64,000 nucleotides of DNA from Fibrobacteria bacterium (GCA_037447435.1 JBBIGR010000003.1:1-64000), one strand, 5' to 3'; shown: positions 1 to 10,653, counted from the first letter of the stretch. The notes: generated by a model not told the origin, from the sequence alone. Program-made: numbers and translations.

Positions 1-1
1 T

Positions 2-292
2 GCATGGGGCGGAGCGCTTTTTTTCGTTCGTACAAATACTTTGCCGCCCGATTATCACTTGTTTACTAGTGAGCCGGTTTCTTTGAGAAGCGTGCATGGA
101 ATTCTTACCCATGCCGTTTCTTTCGACGCCAAAAGCCTCATTCAATTTGGAATCCTGTTACTCATTTGTATACCTATTATCCGGGTATTGGCACTTCTCG
201 TTTCATTTTTCACGCAACGGGATTGGATATATACCGTAATCACACTGCTTGTATTCGTAATACTGCTTTTTTCCTTGCTGGGAGTTATGTGA
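2..292 (+). CDS. DUF1634-like membrane protein, 5'-truncated by the window edge
   Basis: Frame is open from position 2. IQFGILLLICIPIIRV...RDWIY...VFVILLFSL resembles the DUF1634 pattern. Confidence 0.7.
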   Translation, partial: AWGGALFFVRTNTLPPDYHLFTSEPVSLRSVHGILTHAVSFDAKSLIQFGILLLICIPIIRVLALLVSFFTQRDWIYTVITLLVFVILLFSLLGVM

Positions 293-364
293 ATTTATGC
301 ACGAGGCATAGTGATCTCGCTGCACAAGCGGTAGGTGTTTTGAATTATTTTAATAAAAAAGATT

Positions 365-1636
365 ATGCCAACCAATAGTAACATCCTTCCGAAAAAATCA
401 AAGCCGGTACAAGTACGTTTTTTACTCGAAATTATCCGCAACTGTTTTTTAGCCCTTATCATTTCAATTTGTTTTCCTTTCGTTCTTTGGGCAAAATCCG
501 ACATTACCTTGTACCCCGGCATTACTATGGAACAACACCGGCTTGCACAATATGTGTTATTCCATTTCAATTCCATGGATTGGGACGAAACGGACGCCTC
601 ACTTAAAAAACTTCAGCAGCTCGAAAAAAAGAATTCGTTATTGCCGTTAAGCAACATGTTGTTCGTGGCTACCCGCGTGTGGCGTGTCCAAAACGATGAA
701 TTTTCCGACGCCTCACAAAAAAAACAATTGCTCAAAGAAATAAACGCATATGCAAACAAAGGCATAGATTTACTAAAATCCAAAACGTTTCCGGATTCCG
801 TACGCTCAACACGCTGCTTTTTAGAGGGCGGGATCAGCGGTTTTATTGCCACGCTCGAAATTAAAAGCAGACCGTTTTCGGCACTTCGCAATGGGTTAAA
901 TGCGGTACGGCTTCTTGATACTGCCGTAAGCCTGGATCCACACCTTTATGACGCCTATCTCGGCACAGGTCTTTTTAATTGTGCGTTGGCCAAGTCGCCG
1001 GGGATCGTCAAAGGCGCGGTTAATCTTCTTGTCGGACGGAAAATAGACTTGGATACAGGGCTCAACCACCTTCGCATTTGTGCGGAAAAGTCGGTTTACA
1101 CGAAACTTTCGGCCAAATTGTATTTGATCGAATTTCTTTCACCATATCAGAGTGACCAAGAATCGGAAAAACAGGTCATTTTCAAGTCGATACAACATGC
1201 ATTTCCCGGCAATCCGTACTATGTTTTTTTAGAGCTCGACGAAGATTTGTGTTTTTTTCCGGACAAGTTTTTCAAGCCGACGACGTGTCGGTTTATCGAC
1301 AAACGACTTGACAATGGCTTTTATTGCCCGTCGTACAGCTCATTGCGATATGCGAACCTGGTGAAATGGCAGTTTTCACTGTGTAACAGCGACGCGCCTT
1401 CGTGGGCGTTGCCCAGCCCGATTCTTAAGGATCGTGATTTTTCGTTTTATCCCGTGTTTCTCGAAGCGCTGAAACTCAAACACAATAAGGGAAAACAAGA
1501 AAAAAACGATTCCGATGCCGAAAAACTGCGGGATTTGGGGACCGCTGCAGTACACCTGCTATCGGCATCCGACATGAATCCTCTTCGTAAAGACTTTTAT
1601 CTTTGGCATCTCCGCGATGCGCTTCACATCGAATGA
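365..1636 (+). CDS. Exported helical-repeat (TPR/DUF3808-like) hypothetical protein
   Basis: 423-aa ORF with an N-terminal hydrophobic segment and TPR-like helices (DAYLGTGLFN...GLNHLRICAEK). The true start may be later. Confidence 0.5.
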   Translation: MPTNSNILPKKSKPVQVRFLLEIIRNCFLALIISICFPFVLWAKSDITLYPGITMEQHRLAQYVLFHFNSMDWDETDASLKKLQQLEKKNSLLPLSNMLFVATRVWRVQNDEFSDASQKKQLLKEINAYANKGIDLLKSKTFPDSVRSTRCFLEGGISGFIATLEIKSRPFSALRNGLNAVRLLDTAVSLDPHLYDAYLGTGLFNCALAKSPGIVKGAVNLLVGRKIDLDTGLNHLRICAEKSVYTKLSAKLYLIEFLSPYQSDQESEKQVIFKSIQHAFPGNPYYVFLELDEDLCFFPDKFFKPTTCRFIDKRLDNGFYCPSYSSLRYANLVKWQFSLCNSDAPSWALPSPILKDRDFSFYPVFLEALKLKHNKGKQEKNDSDAEKLRDLGTAAVHLLSASDMNPLRKDFYLWHLRDALHIE

Positions 1637-1652
1637 ATACCATCCAGACCTC

Positions 1653-2267
1653 TTAAAAAAGAATTTTGCCCGCTTTTTTAAACAAGTCGATCATTTCCGT
1701 ATTTCCGCGCGGATCGTCACTTCGCCTGTATATTCCGTCCAAAGGAAAATAAGACAGTTTTATTCTGTTGCTCGTATTCGAGTCGAATATTTTTGGCGGT
1801 AACAGCATTATCGGGCCGGTATAATGCGCTTTTTTGAGATAATCGATGGTAAAGTCGTTTGGGACAAGTATTCCGGAGTATACCGCCTTATGGTTGATTA
1901 AAATGATAAACGATCTCATGTAAAGTTTTGGCAGCCTGGGACGGATCCTGTCGAAAACGCTTGGCATCAAATCGAAAGCGTATTCGACAGCTTTGGCGGG
2001 ATCGTACCTGAGAAACGATATGTCTCGGAATTCCAGAAGCGGCAACGTGTCCATCGATCCCGGTCCGAACTTGGCGGGTTTTGATTTTGTCAAATCAACC
2101 AGGTCCGTAGACACCATCACTTCAAAGGTGTCGCTAGACGTCGGGTTATCTTTTGCAAAACCGGATGTTGAAAAAAACAATACGCATAGAGTAATTAATC
2201 CTATGGCAGCGATACGTCGTTTTTGCTTGGAGAACTTACTGGATTCCATCACTATCCTCACTTCCAT
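1653..2267 (-). CDS. Hypothetical exported protein
   Basis: 204-aa ORF with a basic plus hydrophobic signal-like N-terminus ending GFA-K. No family recognised. Confidence 0.55.
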   Translation of the reverse strand: MEVRIVMESSKFSKQKRRIAAIGLITLCVLFFSTSGFAKDNPTSSDTFEVMVSTDLVDLTKSKPAKFGPGSMDTLPLLEFRDISFLRYDPAKAVEYAFDLMPSVFDRIRPRLPKLYMRSFIILINHKAVYSGILVPNDFTIDYLKKAHYTGPIMLLPPKIFDSNTSNRIKLSYFPLDGIYRRSDDPRGNTEMIDLFKKAGKILF

Positions 2268-2656
2268 CTAACGGGGCGGCAACCTTTTCTCGTATAATCG
2301 CGCATTGTCCGACAAAGCCATTATAGAACGAAATTCTCAACCTTGCGAAAAGTAAAATTACATTTTTTCTCAAAATTGCATTGCCCCCGGTGTCTTTTCA
2401 AAATTACGGAAAATTGTACGGAAATATTTAGAAATTCCACGTTCCATAGGCAAACTGAAATTGGTATATCTATTGTTATAATATGATACGCGGAAAGAAA
2501 TAGAAAAAAAGAAACCGTTGTACCTGCAACGCCGATCGATTATCCACTACCATTTTTAAGACTGCCGCCTCAAAAGTCTGCAAGCGACAGCTTTGTGGTT
2601 GTGGATGCGGACAGCATTCTCAAAGCAGCTTTGCCGGCAGCTTGATTATCGATAGT

Positions 2657-5563
2657 CTAGGTTTTTTTTTGCAATACGATCAATCGAATTGCATCCAGGC
2701 GCGGGGTAGCGTTTTCCATGGCTTTGGTCAGTTGAAGCATTTCGGTTTCAACGGCGTCCAGTTCTTCTTTCAAAACGGATTGGTTGATTCTGGATAAATG
2801 CTCGATCCTGCTTTTTTCCGCTGAAAGTATTGTCCTCATTGCTTGCAAAGATTGCGAAATAATCGATTGAGCGATTTTTGCCGCACAGCGATCTGCATGT
2901 TGTTGCAATGCGGGAATAAGATCCATTACCTTGTCGTTTTGTTCCAAAACGTGCCATTTGTCATAATCGCAGAGAGCGGTATTAAACGACTCGCCGGAAT
3001 AAATATTCGATTTATCCCGCAACATATGGTCGATGAGAATACGAATCGGCGTCGGTGCTAAAAACCTGTCTACATGCAATAACGGCGACGCGACGCATTC
3101 AAGCACATACCATGCTTCCCATAAAAGCCCGCCGCCTGGGGCGTTTTTCCATTGTGCGCAACTGCAATTTCCCTTTTCAGAGCCTAAAAACATGTCAAGC
3201 CCGTTATGGACTGCCGGATGGTCGGCGGTCATAAATTCCATGTCTTCCCGCGATAACGCTTTTGCCCGGTCAAAGGTGACAAGCGGCCTGTCGGTGCGAA
3301 GAGCGGGAAAGGTTTCGTCCAATGCCGATTCGGACCATAATTTATAGGTTCTGGTACCGAGGGGTTCCGAAAACACGCCGTGGAATTTGAAGAAGTCAAG
3401 CATGAACAATTCCAGCGTTTTGTCCGTTTCGTTTTTTACGATTTCATCGGCGATCCGGTTTCCGATTTCCGGACGAAAGGAATGAAGTTCCAGCAATCTG
3501 TCGCGGCCCAATTCCAAACGCTTCGAAACCGCGGCTGCCTGCACTTTGGCTGATGTTATGCATGTGTCAAGGTCCTTTCTCCATGAACCGTTTTGCGCCA
3601 TGCATCCCTGCATGCATTGTACCAATGCGTCATTGCATGTTTCAAAAACCTCCTGACCGTAGGGCGCAATATTTTGAAAAACATCAAGCCCTTCATGAAA
3701 AAACCTGCACGAAACTTCGCCGACCGATCCTTTTATAAAAGGAACATGGACAAAAACCTCATGCTTTTGCCCTATGCGGTCCAATCGTCCGATACGTTGC
3801 TCGATCAATTCGCAATTGTTAGGCAAATCCCACATGAAAAGATGATGGCAAAACTGGAAATTCCTGCCCTCACTTCCTATTTCCGAACAAAGCAACATGC
3901 GTGCGCCTTCATCTTCGCCGAACCAGGCCGCGTTACGGTCTCTGGCGATGAGCGTCAGCTCTTCGTGGAATTGCGCTATTTCGATGTTTACATGATGGCG
4001 AACGGCTTTTTCAATTCCGGCAACCAACCCCTTATCATGGCAAATGCAAAGGAACTTGTCGCCCGGATATTTGTTCAGCAAAGCGATCAGGCACAGCAGG
4101 CGAGGGTCTTTTGTCAATGAGTCGAATTGGTTTTGCGTCTCGTTGTTGCTCCGCTCGATATCATGCGAATTTCCGTCCAAAGATATAATGTCGGCGATTC
4201 GTTTGGGAAAATTACCCACCGCGCTTCGCGTATTCCGAAACATCGCCCTTCCGATGCCGAAACGGTCTATGAGTTCATCGACCAGATGTCGGCGCATGTC
4301 CGGCGGTCGGGTATTAATGGAAACAATTTGCTCTTTTGTAAAATCGGTCGTATCCGAAAACAAAGAACAAAGCAATGCCGTATCATCGGGATCCAATTGC
4401 GTTCCGTCGACGATATTGCTGGTGATCCTGGCAATGGCCCGATGGGTTTGGGTTTCGCTTTTAAATGCCTCGAACGTGGAAAAACGGGACGGGTCCAAAA
4501 GACGAAGCCGTTCGAAATGACTTTCTTCTCCCAGCTGATGCGGGGTCGCGGTCAAAAGGAAAACATCCCGGCATGCCAAAGAAATTCCTTGCACAAAATC
4601 AAATAACGGAGAATTATGCCGCACATGATGCGCTTCGTCCACGATGAGGATGTCCCAGCCCGCTTGGGTTGCCAATGAAGCCGCCTGCGCGTTGTCCGCC
4701 AAAAACCCGATGTCGCATAAGACAAGTTGGTCCGTCAAAAACGGGTTTTGGTCGGCTGCGCGGTCGTCATCGAAATACGAGGCGTCTATAATAGTGAACA
4801 GTAAATTAAATTTGCGCAAAAGTTCGACGAACCAGACGTGAACGATCGATTGCGGTACGCAGATAAGCGCTCGTTGGGCCCTGCCGCATAAGAGCAGACG
4901 ATGCAGAATCAGGCAAGCTTCGATGGTTTTGCCCAATCCGACTTCATCGGCGAGCATGACGCGCCGTTTGTGGCTCTGCGCAATATGATGGGCGATAAAC
5001 AATTGATGTCCCAGGCAATCGATGCGCGGTCCGCGAAACCCGCGGATTTCCGATTTGTCGGATTCGAATCGCACATTCAGCGCACGGACCCGCAAGTCAA
5101 ATACTTTTGTCCTGTCGAAATGGCCCGAGTAAAGTCTGTCTATCGGCGCGGTAAACCGTATCGATCCGCTTAAATCGGTTTCCGGAATCGGGCCTATGGT
5201 CGTTTGATAGGTCAACAGAAAATTTTCTTCGGTTACAGCCTGTACAAGCGCGCTTTTGCCGGCCCGGTTTTGTATCGTGTCTCCCTGTTTGAAGCGAATA
5301 CGGCGCAACGGAGCGTTCTGTATTGCGTAATGACGGACGCTCGACGTTTCTTTAAAGGTAATTGATAAACGTTTATTTTCGATCGCGCTCAGCGTTCCGA
5401 TGCCCAGTTCCGGTTCCATATCGCTCGCAAAGCATTGGCCGATGGCAAATTCGCCGTTGAAATGCTGGCGCATGCTGAAAACATCATCACCGGTACCATC
5501 GGAAGTTTGGGGATGATTTTCATACTCGTCCGCGGAATGGGAAAATCCGTTTTTTCGAGCCAT
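2657..5563 (-). CDS. rapA: RNA polymerase-associated SNF2 ATPase RapA
   Basis: F-x-IGQ...EPELGIG N-terminus, ADEVGLGKTIEA, DEAHH, SEIGSEGRNFQF, EQRIGRLDRIGQ, LELGRDRLLELHS and C-terminal RLDAIRLIV. Confidence 0.93.
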   Translation of the reverse strand: MARKNGFSHSADEYENHPQTSDGTGDDVFSMRQHFNGEFAIGQCFASDMEPELGIGTLSAIENKRLSITFKETSSVRHYAIQNAPLRRIRFKQGDTIQNRAGKSALVQAVTEENFLLTYQTTIGPIPETDLSGSIRFTAPIDRLYSGHFDRTKVFDLRVRALNVRFESDKSEIRGFRGPRIDCLGHQLFIAHHIAQSHKRRVMLADEVGLGKTIEACLILHRLLLCGRAQRALICVPQSIVHVWFVELLRKFNLLFTIIDASYFDDDRAADQNPFLTDQLVLCDIGFLADNAQAASLATQAGWDILIVDEAHHVRHNSPLFDFVQGISLACRDVFLLTATPHQLGEESHFERLRLLDPSRFSTFEAFKSETQTHRAIARITSNIVDGTQLDPDDTALLCSLFSDTTDFTKEQIVSINTRPPDMRRHLVDELIDRFGIGRAMFRNTRSAVGNFPKRIADIISLDGNSHDIERSNNETQNQFDSLTKDPRLLCLIALLNKYPGDKFLCICHDKGLVAGIEKAVRHHVNIEIAQFHEELTLIARDRNAAWFGEDEGARMLLCSEIGSEGRNFQFCHHLFMWDLPNNCELIEQRIGRLDRIGQKHEVFVHVPFIKGSVGEVSCRFFHEGLDVFQNIAPYGQEVFETCNDALVQCMQGCMAQNGSWRKDLDTCITSAKVQAAAVSKRLELGRDRLLELHSFRPEIGNRIADEIVKNETDKTLELFMLDFFKFHGVFSEPLGTRTYKLWSESALDETFPALRTDRPLVTFDRAKALSREDMEFMTADHPAVHNGLDMFLGSEKGNCSCAQWKNAPGGGLLWEAWYVLECVASPLLHVDRFLAPTPIRILIDHMLRDKSNIYSGESFNTALCDYDKWHVLEQNDKVMDLIPALQQHADRCAAKIAQSIISQSLQAMRTILSAEKSRIEHLSRINQSVLKEELDAVETEMLQLTKAMENATPRLDAIRLIVLQKKT

Positions 5564-5907
5564 TAGCCCGGAGGCCAGGCCAAATCGCGGCCCGAGAGAA
5601 TGTGTACATGGATGTGGGGCACTGCTTGCCCGGCATGTTCACCGGAATTAATCACCAAACGATAACCGTTTTCGGCAAGTTGCAATTGTTTCACGGCTTT
5701 GGCAATTGCGGCGAACAACTCCGTCATAAGGCTCATTTCAGAAGCAGGCACATCGTGAATGCCTTCGAAATGTTTTTTGGGAATAGCCAATAGATGAACC
5801 GGCGCTTTCGGTGAAATATCTTTAAAAATAAGCGTGTGCTCATCTTCATAAATTTTGCTTGCAGGTATTTGGCCTGCTATGATTTTGCAGAAAATACAGT
5901 CAGGCAT
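5563..5907 (-). CDS. hinT: Histidine triad (HIT) nucleotide-binding protein
   Basis: DCIFCKI and HIHVHIL motifs, WPPG end. Start placed at ATG 5907. Stop overlaps the rapA start (TAATG). Confidence 0.92.
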   Translation of the reverse strand: MPDCIFCKIIAGQIPASKIYEDEHTLIFKDISPKAPVHLLAIPKKHFEGIHDVPASEMSLMTELFAAIAKAVKQLQLAENGYRLVINSGEHAGQAVPHIHVHILSGRDLAWPPG

Positions 5908-6087
5908 TTTAACCCTCTCTTTTTCCCTGGGCATTTTGCGCTGTTTCAATCACAGCCGCAACTTTCCGGTTGCGAAACAACGGTTTCGGGGGGATTTCGA
6001 ACTGAAACCAATAAAATATATTTCTTTTTTTTAGCAAACACCGTATTTCTGTACTATATAATTCCATATTATTGTATTTTCCTACCC

Positions 6088-6588
6088 ATGCAAAAATCGG
6101 AAAAAAACGGCGATAAGCCGGATAAGAAGGATTCCATAAAGCTTTTGGCCCAAAACAAAAAGGCTTTTCACGACTATGAAGTGCTGGAGCGTTTTGAGGC
6201 CGGGGTGGCGCTTTTAGGTGCCGAGGTCAAATCGATTCGACAGGGTGGAATATCGATTGTCGATACCTATGCTACGACCGACGGTAGTGAAATGTTTGTC
6301 CAGCATATGCATATTGCGCCGTACCAAGTCGGCGGATTTTCAGTGGCAGAACCCTATAGAAAACGGAAACTTCTTTTACATAAGAGCCAAATCGTTCGCA
6401 TCCATAATGAGGCGGAAAGAAAACATCTTTCAATAATACCGCTTAAGGTATATTTTGATAAGCATTGGGTAAAAATGGAAATTGGGTTGTGTCGAGGCAT
6501 GAAAAAGTTTGACAAACGTGAAAAAATAGCCGAAGAAGAGACGAAACGGCGTCTGGCGCAAGTGATGAGGATTCGCGGAAAACGATGA
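6088..6588 (+). CDS. smpB: SsrA-binding protein SmpB
   Basis: NKKAFHDY, EAGVALLGAEVKSIR, RKRKLLLHK and KKFDKRE motifs. Start placed at ATG 6088. Confidence 0.95.
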   Translation: MQKSEKNGDKPDKKDSIKLLAQNKKAFHDYEVLERFEAGVALLGAEVKSIRQGGISIVDTYATTDGSEMFVQHMHIAPYQVGGFSVAEPYRKRKLLLHKSQIVRIHNEAERKHLSIIPLKVYFDKHWVKMEIGLCRGMKKFDKREKIAEEETKRRLAQVMRIRGKR

Positions 6589-7835
6589 CAACCCGCAGCC
6601 CACTCATAGCGCTTTTTTTATGTGCTTTTATCGCTTGCAGTGTCAATGCCGATACTTTGAAAACGGTACATCGCGGAAAACTTTCAGACACCGCAACAGG
6701 TATTGGAAATCCCGTTCCCCTGTCCCGCATCAATAGCAAGCTGTTTGTTTCTATTCCTGTTGTTTGCGAATCGGTCGGATTTAGTTGGAAATGGGATTTC
6801 GCTTCGCAAAAATTGACGTGCATAAAGAAAAATAAAAAACTAATATTTGTCCAGGGGATGCCCTTTTTTAGTGCTAACGATTCGCTGCTTCAACTGGCGG
6901 ATGCGCCCGTTCGTATGGGCGGTTCGCTGTATTTGGCTCCGCAGCTTTGTGCGTCGGCTTTTCATGCGGTAGGGGTGGATTCGATACGTTTTGAAAATGC
7001 GGACGAGCTGTTTACGATAGTGAATCAAAAAGCGGGCACGGAGTCTCGGGCGCACGACAGTACGGCGAGCAAAATTCAGGTAAAATCGTCCCGCTTGGAT
7101 TCGATAAAACATGCCAAGGCATCGCAAGAGATAATAAAAACGATAGTTATTGATCCTGGTCATGGGGGTATGGATCCGGGTGCGATCGGCCCCGGCGGAT
7201 TGGAAGAAAAAAAGGTTGTTTTGGATATCGGGTGCGATCTTCGGGATCTGTTCAAAAGCAAATCCAAGTTCACCGTATATATGACAAGGGATAAAGACGT
7301 CTTTATCCCGTTGCAGGACCGGACGAAATTTGCCAATGAGAAAAAAGCGGACATCTTCGTTTCGATACATGCAAATAGTATCGAAGGCAATGCCAAGAAG
7401 CGCGACAACACTCGTGGGTATAAGGTTTATTTTTTGTCGCAGGCTAAAAATGAAGACGACAAGCTCGTTGCAATGAGGGAAAATGCGGTTATAAAGCTTG
7501 AGGACAAAGCGAACCGCTACGACAATCTGCAAAACATCCTAATCGATATGGTTGGAAATGAGTATCTTCGGGAAAGTCAGGACTTTTCGATAATGGTCAC
7601 CGAGTCGTTTCATTCGTCTTGCAATGTGATACCCAAACTGCATCTCGGAATCGGGCAGGCCAATTTTTGGGTACTCAACGGTGCTTATATGCCGTCGGTA
7701 CTAATTGAAGTGGGTTTCATTTCGAATAAAAAAGAAGAAGAATCTTTGGGCGATGCCTCGGTACGCCATTCCATCGCCGTCTCAATTTTCGAAGCGATCA
7801 TGAATTTCAAAAAGAAATACGAGGCGGGATTATGA
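6585..7835 (+). CDS. N-acetylmuramoyl-L-alanine amidase (Amidase_3)
   Basis: Signal peptide; IVIDPGHGGMDPGA, FVSIHANS and PSVLIEVGFISN motifs. ATGA overlap with smpB. Confidence 0.93.
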   Translation: MTTRSPLIALFLCAFIACSVNADTLKTVHRGKLSDTATGIGNPVPLSRINSKLFVSIPVVCESVGFSWKWDFASQKLTCIKKNKKLIFVQGMPFFSANDSLLQLADAPVRMGGSLYLAPQLCASAFHAVGVDSIRFENADELFTIVNQKAGTESRAHDSTASKIQVKSSRLDSIKHAKASQEIIKTIVIDPGHGGMDPGAIGPGGLEEKKVVLDIGCDLRDLFKSKSKFTVYMTRDKDVFIPLQDRTKFANEKKADIFVSIHANSIEGNAKKRDNTRGYKVYFLSQAKNEDDKLVAMRENAVIKLEDKANRYDNLQNILIDMVGNEYLRESQDFSIMVTESFHSSCNVIPKLHLGIGQANFWVLNGAYMPSVLIEVGFISNKKEEESLGDASVRHSIAVSIFEAIMNFKKKYEAGL

Positions 7836-8641
7836 GCGATACGCGGCCGATAGGGGTTGTCGATTCCGGCCTCGGCGGGTTGACTGTTGTTAAAGAATTG
7901 CTGCGATTGATGCCCGGCGAATCCGTGGTTTATTTCGGTGATACCGCGCGTTTTCCGTACGGTTGTCGTTCCGAAGATGCCATTCGCCGCTATGGTTTGC
8001 AATCGGTGCGCTACGTATTGGAACAAGATATCAAAATGCTTGTCGTCGCCTGCAATACGATGTCCTCGGTATTGCTCGACGATATAAGCAGGGAAATGCA
8101 GGATTTGCCGTTGATCGGCGCAAATGTTCCTGTTGTCAAGGCCGCCGTAAAGCGGACCATGAACAAAAAAATCGGCGTGCTCGGTACTGCCGCAACGGTA
8201 AATTCGAACGCCTTCGACAAAACAATACGGGACATCGACCCGGGTTGCAAATCTTTTCAGAAGGCTTGCCCCTTGTTTGTGCCGCTGGTGGAAGAAGGCC
8301 TTTATGATACCGAAATAGCCAGGCTCGCGGCGAGGAACTATTGTTCCGGCCTTTTGGAACAGGGTATAGACAGCATTATTCTTGCGTGTACGCATTATTC
8401 GTTGCTTATGGAAACAATTCAGGAAACCGTCGGTGCCAATGTCACGGTACTCGATAGCGCAATGTGGATCGCGCGCGAGGCCCGAGACATACTCCATGCG
8501 GTAGGCGGTTTTTCTCCCGAGACAAGCGGTGGGGAACAACGGAGCAAGTTTTATGTGAGCGACGTCGCGCCGACGATTATTCAATGCGCGTCGGCGTTTT
8601 TCGGAACACCGATGCTCGATCTGACAAAAGTTGAATTATAG
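7832..8641 (+). CDS. murI: Glutamate racemase
   Basis: DSGLGGLTV, YFGDTARFPYG; catalytic Cys in ACNT and LACTHY. Confidence 0.95.
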   Translation: MSDTRPIGVVDSGLGGLTVVKELLRLMPGESVVYFGDTARFPYGCRSEDAIRRYGLQSVRYVLEQDIKMLVVACNTMSSVLLDDISREMQDLPLIGANVPVVKAAVKRTMNKKIGVLGTAATVNSNAFDKTIRDIDPGCKSFQKACPLFVPLVEEGLYDTEIARLAARNYCSGLLEQGIDSIILACTHYSLLMETIQETVGANVTVLDSAMWIAREARDILHAVGGFSPETSGGEQRSKFYVSDVAPTIIQCASAFFGTPMLDLTKVEL

Positions 8642-8698
8642 TAACTGATTAGAAGCAACGTAACCATATACACTTTATCACTTGTTTAAGGAGGTAGT

Positions 8699-9451
8699 AT
8701 GTCCGGTCATTCCAAGTGGGCCAAGATAAAAAGGTCTAAGGGAAACGCAGACGCAGCAAGAGGAAAGATCTTCAGCCGTCTGATTCGTGAAATCACCATT
8801 GCCGCGAGAATGGGCGGCGGAAATCCTGAAGGTAATCCGCGTCTTCGTTCGGCCATGACCGCAGCGCGGGCTGCAAATATGCCTGGAAAAAATGTTGAAA
8901 ACGCGATTGCGAAAGGTACGGGTACTCTCGAAGGCGCAATGTATGAAGAATTTGTGCTCGAAGGATACGCTCCCGGCGGCGTTGCCGTTCTTGTCGAATG
9001 CATGTCCGATAACCGAAACCGCACGGTTTCCGAAGTCCGTCATGCCATGTCCAAAGGGGGCGGGAATATGGCCGCCGCCAATTCGGTGTCGTGGATGTTC
9101 AAGGCAAAAGGTCTTATCCGTATTGCTAAAAGTGCAATGGACGAAGACTCCCTTATGGAAGTCGTGCTTAATGCCGGTGCAGAAGACTTGTCAAGCGACG
9201 ATGAAGAATATGAAGTGTCGACACCAATGGACACCTTTGAAGCAGTACGTACCGCGGTTGAAAAAGTCGGTATCACGCCGATCAGTGCCGAGCTCACCAA
9301 AGTCGCCGAGAATTTGGTCAAGCTCGAGGGTGACGCGGCTTTCAAAGTTCTTCGCCTTATGGATGAACTCGACGAACTCGACGATGCGCAACACGTATAC
9401 AGCAATATAGACGTGAGCGACGAGGATGCCGAAAAATACGCCAATCAGTAA
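8699..9451 (+). CDS. yebC: YebC/PmpR family protein
   Basis: MSGHSKWAKIK, NPRLR, EGYAPGG, DNRNRT motifs; AAGGAGG RBS; located upstream of ruvCAB. Confidence 0.95.
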   Translation: MSGHSKWAKIKRSKGNADAARGKIFSRLIREITIAARMGGGNPEGNPRLRSAMTAARAANMPGKNVENAIAKGTGTLEGAMYEEFVLEGYAPGGVAVLVECMSDNRNRTVSEVRHAMSKGGGNMAAANSVSWMFKAKGLIRIAKSAMDEDSLMEVVLNAGAEDLSSDDEEYEVSTPMDTFEAVRTAVEKVGITPISAELTKVAENLVKLEGDAAFKVLRLMDELDELDDAQHVYSNIDVSDEDAEKYANQ

Positions 9452-9521
9452 ATAACTGGTTTGTCAACGCTCCTGCCCTCTTGTAAAGAGAGCGGGAGCA
9501 AATAGAATTAGGGTACGTGCA

Positions 9522-10022
9522 ATGGTGATTTTTGGCATAGATCCGGGTACCGTCAATACGGGATACGGAGTTATTCGCGTGAGCGGTAACAGCATTTCGT
9601 GGATCGATTGCGGTGTGATCCGTACCGAAGCGAAAACCACCATGCCGGCAAAACTTGCATGCATTCACACAGGGCTTATGGAAAAGATGCTGGCGCATAA
9701 GCCGGATAGGGTTTGCGTCGAAGAAGCTTTTTACGCTAAAAACGTTCACACTACTTTAGTGCTTGGACAAGCGCGCGGCGTAGCATTGCTTGCTGCAGTG
9801 CAATCGGGCGCGCAGGTTGCCGAGTATTCTCCTCGGGAAATAAAAAAATCGGTTGTAGGAAACGGCAATGCGCAGAAAGACCAGGTTGAATATATGATCA
9901 AAACCATGCTGTCGTTGCCGAAAACCGAATATCCGGCCGATGCATATGATGCTTTGGCCGCAGCAGTATGCGATTTTCAACATTATGCGTTTTCACGAAC
10001 GCTGAGAACCATGGGGCGGTAG
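9522..10022 (+). CDS. ruvC: Holliday junction resolvase RuvC
   Basis: GIDPG, EEAF, LGQARG, EYSP-x-EIKK and DAYDALAAA motifs. Confidence 0.96.
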   Translation: MVIFGIDPGTVNTGYGVIRVSGNSISWIDCGVIRTEAKTTMPAKLACIHTGLMEKMLAHKPDRVCVEEAFYAKNVHTTLVLGQARGVALLAAVQSGAQVAEYSPREIKKSVVGNGNAQKDQVEYMIKTMLSLPKTEYPADAYDALAAAVCDFQHYAFSRTLRTMGR

Positions 10023-10026
10023 TCGA

Positions 10027-10632
10027 ATGTTCGAATATGTCCGTGGTATACTTGCCGAGAAAACAGTGTCTGAGGCGATTGTCGAGGCCGGCGGCATCGG
10101 CTACATACTGACAATCCCGTTGTCGACATACGAAAAATTGCCGCTTCCCGGGGAAAATGTGAAATTGCTTTGTCATCATTATGTGCGGGAAGATGCGGAG
10201 CGGCTATTCGGGTTCTTAACCGCGCTTGAACGTGATATTTTCCGGCAGCTTATCAATATCAGCAATATCGGTCCCAAAACCGGAATCAGCATTTTATCGG
10301 GAATTCGGGTTCCGGATCTTGTTGCAAGTGTTAATGCCGGCGATCCGTCGCGCTTACGCAAAATAAGCGGCGTCGGCGATAAAACCGCTCAGCGTCTTAT
10401 CGTCGAACTAAAGGGTAAATTATCGGGATTTCCGGCCTCCGAGGAATTGTCTGCCGCGCCAAGCGGGCAGGGGAAAAACCGTAACGAAGAACGGTCACAG
10501 GCTTTTGCCGCAATGGTTTCTCTTGGATATGCCGAAAAGCAAGTGCAAGCAGCCTTGGCGCGTGTGGAAAGCGTCATCGATGCGAATGCACCGGTAGAAG
10601 AATGGATCAAAAAAGCTTTACAGGTGATTTGA
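10027..10632 (+). CDS. ruvA: Holliday junction branch migration protein RuvA
   Basis: GGIGY, VREDA-x-x-LFGF, IGPK, GVGDKTAQRLIVELK, LGY motifs. Confidence 0.96.
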   Translation: MFEYVRGILAEKTVSEAIVEAGGIGYILTIPLSTYEKLPLPGENVKLLCHHYVREDAERLFGFLTALERDIFRQLINISNIGPKTGISILSGIRVPDLVASVNAGDPSRLRKISGVGDKTAQRLIVELKGKLSGFPASEELSAAPSGQGKNRNEERSQAFAAMVSLGYAEKQVQAALARVESVIDANAPVEEWIKKALQVI

Positions 10633-10653
10633 TAACGATTTCATATTAAATGT

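Noticed and set aside
2461..2645. Sigma-54-like TTGGTATATCTATTGTT followed by an open frame ETVVPATP...ALPAA
   Set aside because: The -12 element is GT rather than GC, and the frame has no start codon or RBS near its 5' end.
5836..6087. N-terminal extension of the smpB ORF in the track
   Set aside because: It overlaps hinT and the divergent promoter region; SmpB-like sequence begins after ATG 6088.
6088..6588. tmRNA (ssrA) near smpB
   Set aside because: No tmRNA-like ends were recognised in the flanking intergenic DNA.
6840..8584. Long antisense ORFs (230 and 299 aa), and similar shadow ORFs opposite rapA, GH3, lepA, etfA and others
   Set aside because: They lie opposite well-supported genes and carry no recognisable motifs.
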